64,000 nucleotides of DNA from an uncultured Planctomycetia bacterium (GCA_964460615.1 CAYWPX010000007.1:4313-68312), one strand, 5' to 3'; positions 32,434-42,300 are shown, counted from the first letter of the stretch. The notes: a model not told the origin generated them from the letters alone. Numbers and translations: made by a program.

Positions 32434-33036
32434 TTAAATTCCCTTTTGGAGAGGGTCGAATACTATACTGACGACCCCTTTTCTTATCATCATTACTGCG
32501 ATCGCTGCCAATAGAAGACTGGCTACTTTTGAGAGGCCTTTCAAACCTCCGACGCCTAACAACTTGCTGATATTATTAGAAAAAATAAATATCACCCATA
32601 CCAAAAATAAATTCAAGACTAGAGATATAATGGTAGGCAGATACCCGTAAGTCCCTAAGAGCATTATGATCGTTGTCAAAACCGCAGGACCCACTATTAG
32701 CGGCGTTCCTATGGGCACCACCCCCGTTGTCGATGTCGGTTTACGCCTTGACTTATCCGGCCAAAGAAGGTCCGATAATGATATAACTAATAGGACAGTC
32801 CCGCCAGCAACCTGAAAATCAGGTACCGTAACGCCAAGCGCTTTAAAAATAGCCTTCCCAACCAGCATAAATACAAAAGCTATTATACTGGCCGTCAGGA
32901 CGGACTGCGAAATAAGCTTTTTTTTATCTATTTTTGAGAGGCTTTGGGTAAAAGACATGAATATTGGAAGAATACCAAGCGCATCAACCGCGACAAAGAT
33001 AGGAATAAACGTCAATAAAAATACACTTATATCCAT
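32434..33036 (-). CDS. MarC-family (UPF0056) integral membrane protein
   Basis: FIPIFVAVDALGILPIFMS signature; 6 TM. Confidence 0.8.
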   Translation of the reverse strand: MDISVFLLTFIPIFVAVDALGILPIFMSFTQSLSKIDKKKLISQSVLTASIIAFVFMLVGKAIFKALGVTVPDFQVAGGTVLLVISLSDLLWPDKSRRKPTSTTGVVPIGTPLIVGPAVLTTIIMLLGTYGYLPTIISLVLNLFLVWVIFIFSNNISKLLGVGGLKGLSKVASLLLAAIAVMMIRKGVVSIVFDPLQKGI

Positions 33037-33161
33037 ATTTTAGAAAATATTCAATTATAGAGTTTGTTGGTAGCTTTTTTAGATCAGGTCCATTACTCTT
33101 AAATAAAAAAAGCTATTAATATAGCTTATGTAATAGAACGAAAAAATATTATATTACGGAA

Positions 33162-33362
33162 CTACCTGCGCAATGACACCTTGAAGTCATCTCCTTCTTT
33201 TTCAAGAACAACATGGCCTTCTCTGGCCAGCCAACCCACGCTCATAAGTATAACATCCTTAGGATGTTGCAACGTTGAGGCAATATTACTTAAGGTAGTC
33301 GGACCTTTTTCATCCAACAAATGCCATATATCCCCTGCAGCTATACCGATTCTAATTATCAT
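33162..33362 (-). CDS. Small (66 aa) putative winged-helix protein
   Basis: Short helix-turn-helix-like pattern; no confident family assignment. Confidence 0.35.
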   Translation of the reverse strand: MIIRIGIAAGDIWHLLDEKGPTTLSNIASTLQHPKDVILMSVGWLAREGHVVLEKEGDDFKVSLRR

Positions 33363-33440
33363 ATTGGGTTATCCTTAATTTTATACGATAGTATAGCATT
33401 GATTTCACATTTAATCAAGAAAAAATTAAATTCTTCCAGA

Positions 33441-33470
33441 ATAAATTAAAAACCCATCTCATTAGATGGG
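33441..33470 (-). terminator. Rho-independent terminator after cbiO
   Basis: CCCATCT-AATG-AGATGGG stem followed by TTTTTAATTTATT on the minus strand. Confidence 0.65.
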
Positions 33471-33571
33471 CGCAGCTGATCAAGCTTGATTTAGAAATAT
33501 GCAAGAAATTAGGATATAAAAGTTATATAATATATTGTAAGTACCTGGTAATTAAAAAGATAGATTAATAC

Positions 33572-34267
33572 CTAAATTCTAGCAAATATGTCTTCTTTAA
33601 GCACTTCTTCTGTCGGCCCTGACATAACGACCCTGCCTTTATCGAGTACAAAAACTTTGGTCGTAAGCTGCCTGATAAAATCAAGATCATGTGAAGATAT
33701 GATCTTAGTACTTGTTATTCCCTTCAAGAGTTCTATTAAAACGCGCCTCCCTTTTGGGTCCAAATTGCCCGTGGGTTCATCCATAATTAGAATCTCAGGG
33801 TTCATCGACAGAACCGTTGCTATGGATACCCTCTTTTTTTCGCCAATACTCAAATGATAAGCAGAGCGCTCCCCAGAATTATTCATTCCAACCTCTTTAA
33901 GGGCCAGGTCTACTCTCTGGCGTATCTCTTCATCGGGAAGCTTCATATTAACAGGGCCGAACGCCACATCATCAAAGATGGTAGGCATAAAAAGCTGGTC
34001 TTCCGGATCCTGGAATACAAGCCCGACTTTCTCGCGGATCTCTCTTAAATTATTTCCGCTTACATCGAGCCCAAAAACCTTCACAACATGCTTATTATGT
34101 AAAATCCCGTTTATATGCAATAGTAAAGTCGTTTTGCCTGCTCCGTTCGACCCTATAATGCCTACAGATTCATTTCTCTCAACAGTCATATTAATATCCC
34201 TAAGAGCCTCGGTACCATCGGGATAGTTAAAATAAAGATTTTTTATTTCTATTATATTATCAGCCAT
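33572..34267 (-). CDS. cbiO: ECF/cobalt-nickel transporter ATPase (CbiO/EcfA-like)
   Basis: Walker A GSNGAGKTTLL, Q-loop and signature; follows cbiQ. Confidence 0.82.
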   Translation of the reverse strand: MADNIIEIKNLYFNYPDGTEALRDINMTVERNESVGIIGSNGAGKTTLLLHINGILHNKHVVKVFGLDVSGNNLREIREKVGLVFQDPEDQLFMPTIFDDVAFGPVNMKLPDEEIRQRVDLALKEVGMNNSGERSAYHLSIGEKKRVSIATVLSMNPEILIMDEPTGNLDPKGRRVLIELLKGITSTKIISSHDLDFIRQLTTKVFVLDKGRVVMSGPTEEVLKEDIFARI

Positions 34268-35036
34268 TTATCCTCCAGATATTTATAGCAGCTATTACTG
34301 CTATTAATAATACTCCAAAAATAAAATCGCTTTTAGAAAATCTCAAATCATCGATAAGTTTAACATGGCCGTCAAAACCCCGAGAAACCATTACCATATA
34401 TATTCTTTCGGCTCTTTCGTATGTCCTCAAAAAAAGCGACCCCACAATATTACCCAAAACCCTCAGCCGCCTTATATGATCCAGCCGGGCATTTCTAGCA
34501 TGCATAGCATTATTCATTTTCAAGGTTTCATCAACCAATACAAAAATATATCGATACATAAAAGATAATATCATAACAAAAATCAAAGGTAACCCCAGCC
34601 TTTCAAAACCCTTTAAGAGTTTTGAAAAAGGAGTGGTGCTGGAGAGAAGCACTAGAACCATTGATGACAAATAAGATTTAATTGCAACATTCCATACTAT
34701 AAGCAGCCCTTCTTTTGTAATGTTAAGATCAAAAAAATATAAATTTACCGAACCTATTACCGTCCCATGTTTCATAAAAGGCATGAAGATTGTGACCAAA
34801 AAAACAAAAGGAAGGACTATCGCTGCGCGTTGCATAATATAAGTGATTTTTATTTTTGACAGGATAGTGATTATGAATATTACTACAAAATATAATAGGA
34901 AAACTGAATATTGAGTAGGATCCATAAGAACTATGGATAATACCATTAAAATCATTGAAAGGATTTTTGTGCGTGGGTCAAGATTATGTATTATTGAATG
35001 AAAATCACTGTACTTATCAATAAAAGAATGCTTCAT
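34260..35036 (-). CDS. cbiQ: ECF transporter transmembrane component (CbiQ/EcfT)
   Basis: 5-TM T-component between cbiM and cbiO. Confidence 0.75.
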   Translation of the reverse strand: MKHSFIDKYSDFHSIIHNLDPRTKILSMILMVLSIVLMDPTQYSVFLLYFVVIFIITILSKIKITYIMQRAAIVLPFVFLVTIFMPFMKHGTVIGSVNLYFFDLNITKEGLLIVWNVAIKSYLSSMVLVLLSSTTPFSKLLKGFERLGLPLIFVMILSFMYRYIFVLVDETLKMNNAMHARNARLDHIRRLRVLGNIVGSLFLRTYERAERIYMVMVSRGFDGHVKLIDDLRFSKSDFIFGVLLIAVIAAINIWRING

Positions 35037-35039
35037 GAT

Positions 35040-35693
35040 TTAACCGATCCGTTCTGACTCTAAACTAGCGAATTTTATAAGATCAGGCCTGGACTGCAAA
35101 ACAAGTTTAACAACTATGGCCGTTATAAACGCCTCTCCCAATCCTATTATAGTATAAACTCCGACTAAAAATGGCAGAATAAAATGAATGGGCGCAACAC
35201 CTGAGATCGAAAGTACCAAAGCGCATCCTGCGCTTGCCAGTATTACGGACAACCATGCGGAAACAAAAGCTCCGACATAAATACCCCTGTCCCCTCCGAC
35301 CATTTTTTTGACAATACAAAATATCGGGAAACCAAAAAGCGATGAAAGAATGCCCATATTAAAAATATTGGCACCCAAAGCCGTAAAACCCCCTTCTTGG
35401 AACAGAAGGCACTGTATCAAAGATACCGTTGCCATTACTAAAATACTTGCCCAAGGCCCTAAAAGTATCGCTGATAAAGCCCCGCCGATAAGATGGCCGC
35501 TTGCCCCTCCTATCAAAGGAAAATTCAAAAGTTGAGCGGCAAATATAAAAGAAGCAATTACTCCCAATAAAGGTATTTTTTTTTCGCCCAGGTTGTTCCT
35601 CACTCTTTCAAGACTCAAAACAACAAATGCAGCACTTAAAAAATCCAGGAGCAACCAAGTTCTTGTATCTAAAAAACCATCCGGTATATGCAT
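35040..35693 (-). CDS. cbiM: Ni/Co ECF transporter substrate-capture component CbiM/NikM
   Basis: Conserved N-terminus MHIPDGFL and a 7-TM CbiM pattern. Confidence 0.85.
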   Translation of the reverse strand: MHIPDGFLDTRTWLLLDFLSAAFVVLSLERVRNNLGEKKIPLLGVIASFIFAAQLLNFPLIGGASGHLIGGALSAILLGPWASILVMATVSLIQCLLFQEGGFTALGANIFNMGILSSLFGFPIFCIVKKMVGGDRGIYVGAFVSAWLSVILASAGCALVLSISGVAPIHFILPFLVGVYTIIGLGEAFITAIVVKLVLQSRPDLIKFASLESERIG

Positions 35694-35843
35694 TATCCGC
35701 CAATATAAAATTACTTTACAATATGTAAAAAGATAACTTTATCTTTTGCTTACTATCCCATAACCTCTTAAGGACCGCTGATACGAATGCTTATTATAAA
35801 ACATTTTATGAAATTCTAAAAGCAAAATAAATAAATTCTTGAA

Positions 35844-36332
35844 TTATATAAATGCAAAGATCTTTATTAAAATCTCCTCAAGATCAACAATGGCATTCTG
35901 GACTTCTTTGCTCATTTCGACATGGGTCAGAGTCAAATTAGGCTGTATAGCCAAAAGCGCGATATTTGCCTGAGTCTTCCTTGTAAGCGTATCAATGAAT
36001 GTCCTTGTAATAAGAGCATTATCCACAAATTTATTAAAGGCCATTTCCCCGAACTGAGCCATCTTAACAGCTCCGGGACTCTCCTTAAAATCAAAGCAAT
36101 CAATAATTAAAACCGCGTTTGGCCTAGCGTTTAGAATAGGGTCTATGAAATTATCGGCTCTCGTCCCGCCCTCAAATATTTCAGCAGATATTTTATTTCT
36201 CAGCCTTCTGGCGAGCTCTATCCCGGAGCTGTCATCTCCGCGCATCGAATTGCCTATCCCTAAAATAACCACCCTGCCTCTAAGAAAATCCTTAAGCTGG
36301 TTTTCCAGACCTAATTGGTCAGTTTTTTTCAT
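35844..36332 (-). CDS. Hydrogenase maturation protease (HyaD/HybD/HycI family)
   Basis: VVILGIGNSMRGDDSSGIELA motif. Confidence 0.8.
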   Translation of the reverse strand: MKKTDQLGLENQLKDFLRGRVVILGIGNSMRGDDSSGIELARRLRNKISAEIFEGGTRADNFIDPILNARPNAVLIIDCFDFKESPGAVKMAQFGEMAFNKFVDNALITRTFIDTLTRKTQANIALLAIQPNLTLTHVEMSKEVQNAIVDLEEILIKIFAFI

Positions 36333-36472
36333 AAATCTCTCAAATTTAAATAACTTAAGATCAAATTCAGTTTAATAGAATATTCCGGGGAAATTAAAAG
36401 CTCTTGGAATGTCCATCAAGGGGTAAATTAATATAGGCAGGCAATTAATCATTATTAATAAAAGCTTCTAGC

Positions 36473-37630
36473 CTAATTTTTTCTAATTTTTTTGAGAAAT
36501 TTTTCTATTCTCAAAACTGCTTCCTTCAAATTTTCCATGCTTGAAGCATAAGAGATCCTTACATATCCCTCCTGCCCAAAAGCAACCCCTGGCACAACTG
36601 CAACACGCTCCTCATCAAGAAGCTTTTTTGCAAAAGTCAATGCATCTAATCCGGTATTTTCTATCGAAGGAAAAAGATAAAACGTGCCTTGCGGCATTTT
36701 GTTCTTTAACCCTATCTTATTAAGGCTTGCCGATATGAACCTTCTTCGCCTGTCGTACTCTAATTTCATAGCCCTTACATCATCATCGCCGTTCTCTAAG
36801 GCCTCTACAGCAGCCATCTGTGACATTATGGGAACGCACATTATAACGTACTGGTGGATCTTTGTCATAGTATCGATAACATCCTTTGGCCCGCAAGCAT
36901 AACCAACCCGCCAACCGGTCATTGCATAAGACTTAGAGAATCCGTTAAGATATATGGTATTATTTTTGGCATTCTTAAGGCTGGGAAAAGCCGTGTGATC
37001 AAAATCATATGTAAGATCGCCGTATATTTCATCGCTTATAACAGCGATGTTCTTTTTTAAACAAACTTCATTTATTTTCTCAAGTTCCTTTTTGGTATAA
37101 GAAACCCCTGTAGGGTTCGTAGGATAATTCAGTATTATGCCTTTTGTCCTAGGGTTAGAGTGTTTAAGTATATCTTCCGGGTCCAGCTTGAAACCGTTCT
37201 TAGGGTTAGTAGCTACAAGGATCGCCTCGCCCTCTGCCAGGACCACAGTCGGTTCATAAGAAACATAGGATGGTACCGGTACCAGGATATTATCCCCGGG
37301 CTCTACCAAAGCTCTTATTGCCAGATCCATCCCTTCGCTGACGCCTACTGTGATCAAAATTTCCGTCTCCGGATCGTAGTTAAGATTATATTTTCTCTTT
37401 AAAAAATGCGATACCTCTTTCCTAAGCTCAATCAAGCCCTTGTTGGAGGTATAGGATGTATAGCCTTTTTCTATAGAACTTATAGCAAACTCTGATATTG
37501 ACCATGGAGTGACAAAATCCGGCTCGCCAACGCCCAAAGATATTACATCTTCCATTCCAAGCACCAGGTCAAAAAATGCCCTTATGCCGGAAGGTTTAAG
37601 GTCTTTTGCTTTTTTCGATATTCTTATCAT
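36473..37630 (-). CDS. PLP-dependent aminotransferase class I/II (aspartate aminotransferase-like)
   Basis: GEPDF motif and NGFSKSYAMTGWRVGY (PLP lysine region). Confidence 0.88.
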   Translation of the reverse strand: MIRISKKAKDLKPSGIRAFFDLVLGMEDVISLGVGEPDFVTPWSISEFAISSIEKGYTSYTSNKGLIELRKEVSHFLKRKYNLNYDPETEILITVGVSEGMDLAIRALVEPGDNILVPVPSYVSYEPTVVLAEGEAILVATNPKNGFKLDPEDILKHSNPRTKGIILNYPTNPTGVSYTKKELEKINEVCLKKNIAVISDEIYGDLTYDFDHTAFPSLKNAKNNTIYLNGFSKSYAMTGWRVGYACGPKDVIDTMTKIHQYVIMCVPIMSQMAAVEALENGDDDVRAMKLEYDRRRRFISASLNKIGLKNKMPQGTFYLFPSIENTGLDALTFAKKLLDEERVAVVPGVAFGQEGYVRISYASSMENLKEAVLRIEKFLKKIRKN

Positions 37631-37729
37631 ATTTCACTCTTCTAATAATGAATTTGAGGCTTTTGGTTTTTAGATTTTCCCTTAGAGCCATGCCCACCGG
37701 AAGCGGACCGGCCCGGAGCCATTTATCTT

Positions 37730-38215
37730 TTAAAACGAAATCTTCATTCTTTTGTCTTTTTCAGGTACCCTTAACATGTCGCCATCTTCTTTATATTTTT
37801 TTAATAAAAAATGCGTAACAGTGCTACGGACATTCTCTAAAGGCGAGAGCTTCTCAGAAACAAAATTTGAAACGGTATGTATGCTCTTTCCTTCTACGAT
37901 CAAAAGCAGGTCATAACTGCCTGATAAAAGATAGCAGCTTATAACTTCGGGAAATTTATATATTCTCTCGGCTACCGATTCAAAACCAACATTCTTCTGG
38001 GGAGCTACTCTTACTTCTATAAGCGCGGTTACTTTTGGTTCATCAGCTTTTATCAGGTCTCTGTTTATTACTGCTTTATATCTTAAAATTACGCCATTTT
38101 TTTCATATTTAGTTATGGCATCCGCGACTTTTTTGGCATTTTTTTTGGTCATAGACGCGATCTGCTTAGGAGTAAGCTTTGCGTCTTTTTCTAAAAGCTC
38201 CAGTATCTCATCCAT
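37730..38215 (-). CDS. lrp: Lrp/AsnC-family transcriptional regulator
   Basis: N-terminal HTH plus a C-terminal RAM domain (ALIEVRVAPQ...DLLLIV). Confidence 0.85.
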   Translation of the reverse strand: MDEILELLEKDAKLTPKQIASMTKKNAKKVADAITKYEKNGVILRYKAVINRDLIKADEPKVTALIEVRVAPQKNVGFESVAERIYKFPEVISCYLLSGSYDLLLIVEGKSIHTVSNFVSEKLSPLENVRSTVTHFLLKKYKEDGDMLRVPEKDKRMKISF

Positions 38216-38233
38216 GTAAAATCCTCCGAATAT

Positions 38234-38261
38234 AGTACAGCGTACATAGTACCGCGTACAT
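38234..38261. repeat. Two 14-bp tandem repeats AGTACAGCGTACAT / AGTACCGCGTACAT abutting the lrp RBS
   Basis: Related to the 31676-31700 motif (GTACNGCGTA core) with the same 14-bp period; ends ~10 nt upstream of the GGAGGA RBS of lrp. Confidence 0.6.
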
Positions 38262-38359
38262 CGTTAAAACTAAATAAACAAAAAACAACCTTCACTTGAA
38301 TAATAATTCTATCAAGTATTACCTTAAAGGTCAATATGAATTTCTCGTGGTAATAACCC

Positions 38360-38400
38360 TAAAATAACATAGGCGCAGAAAGCCAACTTTACTGCGCCTA
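38360..38400 (-). terminator. Terminator-like hairpin after the radical SAM gene
   Basis: GGCGCAG-N13-CTGCGCC stem, followed by U-rich sequence on both strands. Confidence 0.5.
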
Positions 38401-38521
38401 TTAAATCATTTTAATAAAAACTTTGATTTTTTTATTTTTTAGGTTTTTTAGGTTTTTTTGGCCCGCATGATCCGCATCCCATTTGAATCACCCCCCTTTT
38501 TGTTCTTAAGCTGGTAAAGAA

Positions 38522-39535
38522 TTAAAATATACCCTCGATCGTAGCTTTGCAAAAAGAGCATTTTGGACCTATTAGATTATTCTGCAGTATCGAATAGCCA
38601 CTCCTCTCTATCAAAGTGTTTTTGCAACTATGGCAAATCGTATCTTCCCATCCCTGATGCGGCAAATTACCGACATATACATATTTAAGACCTTTATTTA
38701 TCCCTATGAGCCTTGCTATTTCAAGTGCCTTTGTTGAAGTAGCAGGCAGATCCATCATATCATAATCGGGATGAAACCTTGAGATATGCCAGGGAATATC
38801 TCTTCCGCAGGAAAAAATAAAATCGGCAATCTCATTAAGCTCCGGCTCCGAATCATTCATCCCCGGAACAAGTAATGTGGTGATTTCAATCCACATACCG
38901 AGTTTTTTCATCAATTTTATGGAATCCAAGACCGGTTCAAGCCTCCCGCCGCAGACCTTTTTGTAGTATTCATCCCTAAAAGATTTCAGGTCAACGTTGG
39001 CAGCATCTATTATACCCTTTGACATCTCAAGCATTTCTCTTGTCATAAAGCCGTTTGTCACAAATATGTTATAAATCCCTTTTTCCTTTGCCTGCTTTGC
39101 AATTTCATATGCATATTCAAAAAAAATGGTGGGCTCTGTGTATGTGTAAGAAATGCTTCTGGTATGATATTCCTGGGCAAGCCTTATGATCTTCTCCGGC
39201 GTAACGTATTCGCCTGGTAATTCTCCGGTACCGTCTTTCGATGCCTGGGATATCTGCCAATTCTGGCAGAAGCTGCATCTAAAATTACATCCCATAGTTG
39301 CTATAGATAAACTTGAACTTCCAGGCAATAGATGAAAGATCGGTTTTTTTTCAATAGGGTCAACATTACAGGCGATCAGCTTTCCATATGAAAGAGAAAA
39401 AAGCGTTCCATTGATATTCTTTCTGACCCTGCATATGCCGAGTTTTCCATCGCCGATCTTGCAATGATGGCTGCATAAATAGCAATGTACTAGATTTGAA
39501 TCAAGTTTTTCATAAAGCATGGCTTCTTTTAACAT
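38522..39535 (-). CDS. AmmeMemoRadiSam-system radical SAM enzyme
   Basis: CNFRCSFCQNW radical-SAM motif plus N-terminal and C-terminal auxiliary cysteines. Confidence 0.85.
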   Translation of the reverse strand: MLKEAMLYEKLDSNLVHCYLCSHHCKIGDGKLGICRVRKNINGTLFSLSYGKLIACNVDPIEKKPIFHLLPGSSSLSIATMGCNFRCSFCQNWQISQASKDGTGELPGEYVTPEKIIRLAQEYHTRSISYTYTEPTIFFEYAYEIAKQAKEKGIYNIFVTNGFMTREMLEMSKGIIDAANVDLKSFRDEYYKKVCGGRLEPVLDSIKLMKKLGMWIEITTLLVPGMNDSEPELNEIADFIFSCGRDIPWHISRFHPDYDMMDLPATSTKALEIARLIGINKGLKYVYVGNLPHQGWEDTICHSCKNTLIERSGYSILQNNLIGPKCSFCKATIEGIF

Positions 39536-39631
39536 AAATTATCCCATAAAATCTATTAGCAATTAAGCGATTAGGCAACTTTGTAATTAGGTAAAGCAAA
39601 CACTCAATAACTTAATCGCCCAATAACTTAA

Positions 39632-40300
39632 TCACTTGGTTTTATTAAGCCAATAAAGAACATCCTTATCTGTCATTTCAGGAAAAGCGCCATAGTAGGA
39701 AGCAACGGCAAAAAACGATCCTTTTGAAATATGAAGTACTACGACCTCGTCTACGTTCTTTTTTATAAGTTCATATGCTTTTGAGTGCGCAACAGGAACG
39801 GCGGTTATGATTTCTCTAGCGCCTTTACTTCTTACAAATTTTACTGCGGCAAGCATTGTGTAGCCGGTGGCCAACCCATCATCTACAATAACAACTGTTC
39901 GGCTTTTTAACTGGGGGAAGTCTTTACCTTGTGCAAAAATCTGAGACCTTCGTAGAACCTCTTTATAGACATCGTCAATTATGTTATCTATCTCGGACTG
40001 CCCTAGCCCCACCCTCGAGATTAATTCCTGATTTAAGATCACCGTTCTATCCAGAGTCACGGCCCCAAAACCGGCTTCGGGGTCGCTTGGTATCGGCAAT
40101 TTCCGAAGGGCTATGGCTTCCAGATTAGACCCCAATGTCTTTGCAACAAAATATCCTACCGGTATACCTCCCCGAGGTATGCCAAGCACTATAGGGCTCC
40201 CGAGAACTCTTGTAATTCGAGCGCTGAATTTGGATGCCAATTTTATTCCGGCATCAGACCTATTCTTAAAATATGCTTCATCGGACATTTTCGGCCACAA
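39632..40300 (-). CDS. Phosphoribosyltransferase-domain protein (type I PRTase)
   Basis: PRPP-binding loop VVIVDDGLATGYTM. Confidence 0.7.
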   Translation of the reverse strand: MWPKMSDEAYFKNRSDAGIKLASKFSARITRVLGSPIVLGIPRGGIPVGYFVAKTLGSNLEAIALRKLPIPSDPEAGFGAVTLDRTVILNQELISRVGLGQSEIDNIIDDVYKEVLRRSQIFAQGKDFPQLKSRTVVIVDDGLATGYTMLAAVKFVRSKGAREIITAVPVAHSKAYELIKKNVDEVVVLHISKGSFFAVASYYGAFPEMTDKDVLYWLNKTK

Positions 40301-40311
40301 TCAAAGTAAGA

Positions 40312-40794
40312 TTATTTTATAAGCTTGCCCGTTTCAATTTTAGCATCCTCAATATCATACCCGTAGTATTTGATGCTCTTATCTATGTCTATTACAATTA
40401 TAGTCGGGACACCTTTAACGCCATAAAGTGAGGCAACCGAGCTTTTTTCATCTAAAAGCACGGGGTAGACTACGGATTTCTTTTCAACAAAAGATGAAAC
40501 CTTTGCTTTGCTTTCTCCGACTGATATGGCATACAAAGACAATTTATCCTTGAAGGCCTCATAAAAACTGTTTAATACGGGGACCTCTTCGTTGCATGAC
40601 GGGCACCATGTAGTGAAAAAATTGAGAACTACTACTTGCTTTCCTAAATAATCATCCAGGTTTACCTGTATACCTGATAGATCGTTAAGCGTAAAGGCCT
40701 TACCGGCTTCATTAGCACCATTTGATATGCCGCAGGAGGTCAAAAACAATACGCCGATAACAAGCAAGAGCTTAATAAAATTATTTGTTTTCAT
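40312..40794 (-). CDS. TlpA/ResA-like thiol-disulfide oxidoreductase lipoprotein
   Basis: Lipobox LTSC; thioredoxin fold with WCPSC. Confidence 0.8.
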   Translation of the reverse strand: MKTNNFIKLLLVIGVLFLTSCGISNGANEAGKAFTLNDLSGIQVNLDDYLGKQVVVLNFFTTWCPSCNEEVPVLNSFYEAFKDKLSLYAISVGESKAKVSSFVEKKSVVYPVLLDEKSSVASLYGVKGVPTIIVIDIDKSIKYYGYDIEDAKIETGKLIK

Positions 40795-40830
40795 GCCTTC
40801 TTCTCCCTAATTTTGTCTCTTTTTAAACAA

Positions 40831-41526
40831 TCATATTGCAAGCATCCCGGCTTTAAAAATAAAATATTCACCCAGAAGTATCATAAAATACCCGAATAGT
40901 TTTTCCATTATTAAAGAAAACTTAGCGAATTTAGGAAGAGCTAAAAATTTACCGCCGGCTAAGCCGACAATAAATAAAATTGTTGAGATACCGAGGCCGA
41001 AGAAAAATAAAAGTAAAAATCCCATTAAAATATTCTGCTTGGACCCTACATACGCTAACATCGCTCCCAATACTGCGGATGTGCATGGAGCGGCTATGAG
41101 CCCCGAGGCAAACCCCATACTAAATGCGCCGAATAATCCGCTTTTTTTTCCTTGTGAAGCTTTGAATGAAGGTATCGATACGGTAAATATCCCCAGAAGC
41201 GACAACCCAAAAAAGATTATTATGTTTCCGACTACTAAATACGCTACCGGGTTTGACTGAATCTGGCCGAATAATTTACCGGTCAGAGAAGCTACCATAC
41301 CCAATATTGAAAAGTTAAGCGCCAGTCCCAGGCAATAAAAAAGGAGCAGTAAAAACACTCTGCCCTTATTCTCTATGCTCTTTGAGCCTATATAACCGAT
41401 AATAATAGGTATAATCGGATAGACACACGGAGTAAAACCGGTTATAACGCCGGCTACAAAAGAAATTAATACTGAAAATACCGAAGGATTATTAAGGCTA
41501 GTATTGAGAGCATCCAAGAGATCCAT
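40831..41526 (-). CDS. ccdA: Cytochrome c-type biogenesis / disulfide-bond reductant transporter CcdA (DsbD TM-domain family)
   Basis: GFTPCVYPIIP and a second conserved Cys (AAPCTSAVLG). Confidence 0.85.
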   Translation of the reverse strand: MDLLDALNTSLNNPSVFSVLISFVAGVITGFTPCVYPIIPIIIGYIGSKSIENKGRVFLLLLFYCLGLALNFSILGMVASLTGKLFGQIQSNPVAYLVVGNIIIFFGLSLLGIFTVSIPSFKASQGKKSGLFGAFSMGFASGLIAAPCTSAVLGAMLAYVGSKQNILMGFLLLFFFGLGISTILFIVGLAGGKFLALPKFAKFSLIMEKLFGYFMILLGEYFIFKAGMLAI

Positions 41527-41569
41527 TTAGCTCTCCTTTCATATAGGAATAGTTTTAATGTGCTAATGA

Positions 41570-41881
41570 TTATATGAGCGCTTTAACTTTGTCTTTTGCC
41601 TGAAAACCGATGACGGTTTCTTTAACTTTTCCGTTTTCAAAAATAACTGTGGTAGGTACGCCTGTTATACCGTATTCAACGGCCAAATCCGCATCCTGCG
41701 TCACATCAACATAAAAAAAATTATATTGATCGCCAAGTTCTTTGGCAAGCTCCTCAATTACCGGGGTCATCTTTCTGCAATGCGGGCAAAATTCGCTTTT
41801 AAACATTAGAACGGTCTTTTTCTTGCTTTCAAGAACTTTCTCTTTCATTGTATCTTTAGCAATTCTTTCAAGCATAAACAC
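41570..41881 (-). CDS. trxA: Thioredoxin
   Basis: CPHC active site within a canonical thioredoxin fold; 103 aa. Confidence 0.88.
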   Translation of the reverse strand: MFMLERIAKDTMKEKVLESKKKTVLMFKSEFCPHCRKMTPVIEELAKELGDQYNFFYVDVTQDADLAVEYGITGVPTTVIFENGKVKETVIGFQAKDKVKALI

Positions 41882-41932
41882 ACTCCAATATCCTAAGGGC
41901 TGAAAAAAAATTCAGCCCTTATTTTTGATTTA

Positions 41933-42121
41933 CTACTTTTTAATTTCTATGCAAGTCACCGGGCAATTGTCTGCGGCTTCCTGTACAGTTGCTTCTAATT
42001 GAGCTGGAACAGCATCTAAAATTGCTTTTGCCTTATCGCCGTCCATGGTGAAAACCTCCGGCGATATAGTGGTGCATAATCCGCATCCGATACAAACCGA
42101 CTGGTCTACTACTGCTTTCAT
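41933..42121 (-). CDS. Small single-cluster 4Fe-4S ferredoxin
   Basis: CIGCGLC...CPVTCI; GGAGG RBS. Confidence 0.75.
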   Translation of the reverse strand: MKAVVDQSVCIGCGLCTTISPEVFTMDGDKAKAILDAVPAQLEATVQEAADNCPVTCIEIKK

Positions 42122-42223
42122 TTTATCCTCCTAAGTGAGCCCCAAGCTTTAGCTGGGGCGAACCACCCCAACGAGTGTGCTAAAATTATCTTAGCTTTAG
42201 CTAAGGGAATTTTGGCACATGTT

Positions 42224-42300
42224 TCCCTCTGCAATTCGAAGAATTGCGAGGACTTAGTCCCGGAAATTATTTTATAATTTCTCGGGGCGAGTTGGGATAT
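42224..42300. repeat. Inverted-repeat copy A (palindromic core CCCTCTGCAATTCGAAGAATTGCGAGG plus ~50 nt flank), downstream of rubredoxin
   Basis: ~75 nt similar to the reverse complement of 42880-42958. Core 27/27 identical apart from a 1-nt indel; flanks share ACTTAGTCCCGGAAATT...AATTTCTCGGGGCGA. Confidence 0.7.

Noticed and set aside
35694-35843. Cobalamin or NiCo riboswitch upstream of cbiM
   Set aside because: The 150-nt leader is AT-rich with none of the conserved B12-box or NiCo riboswitch sequence blocks recognisable by eye.
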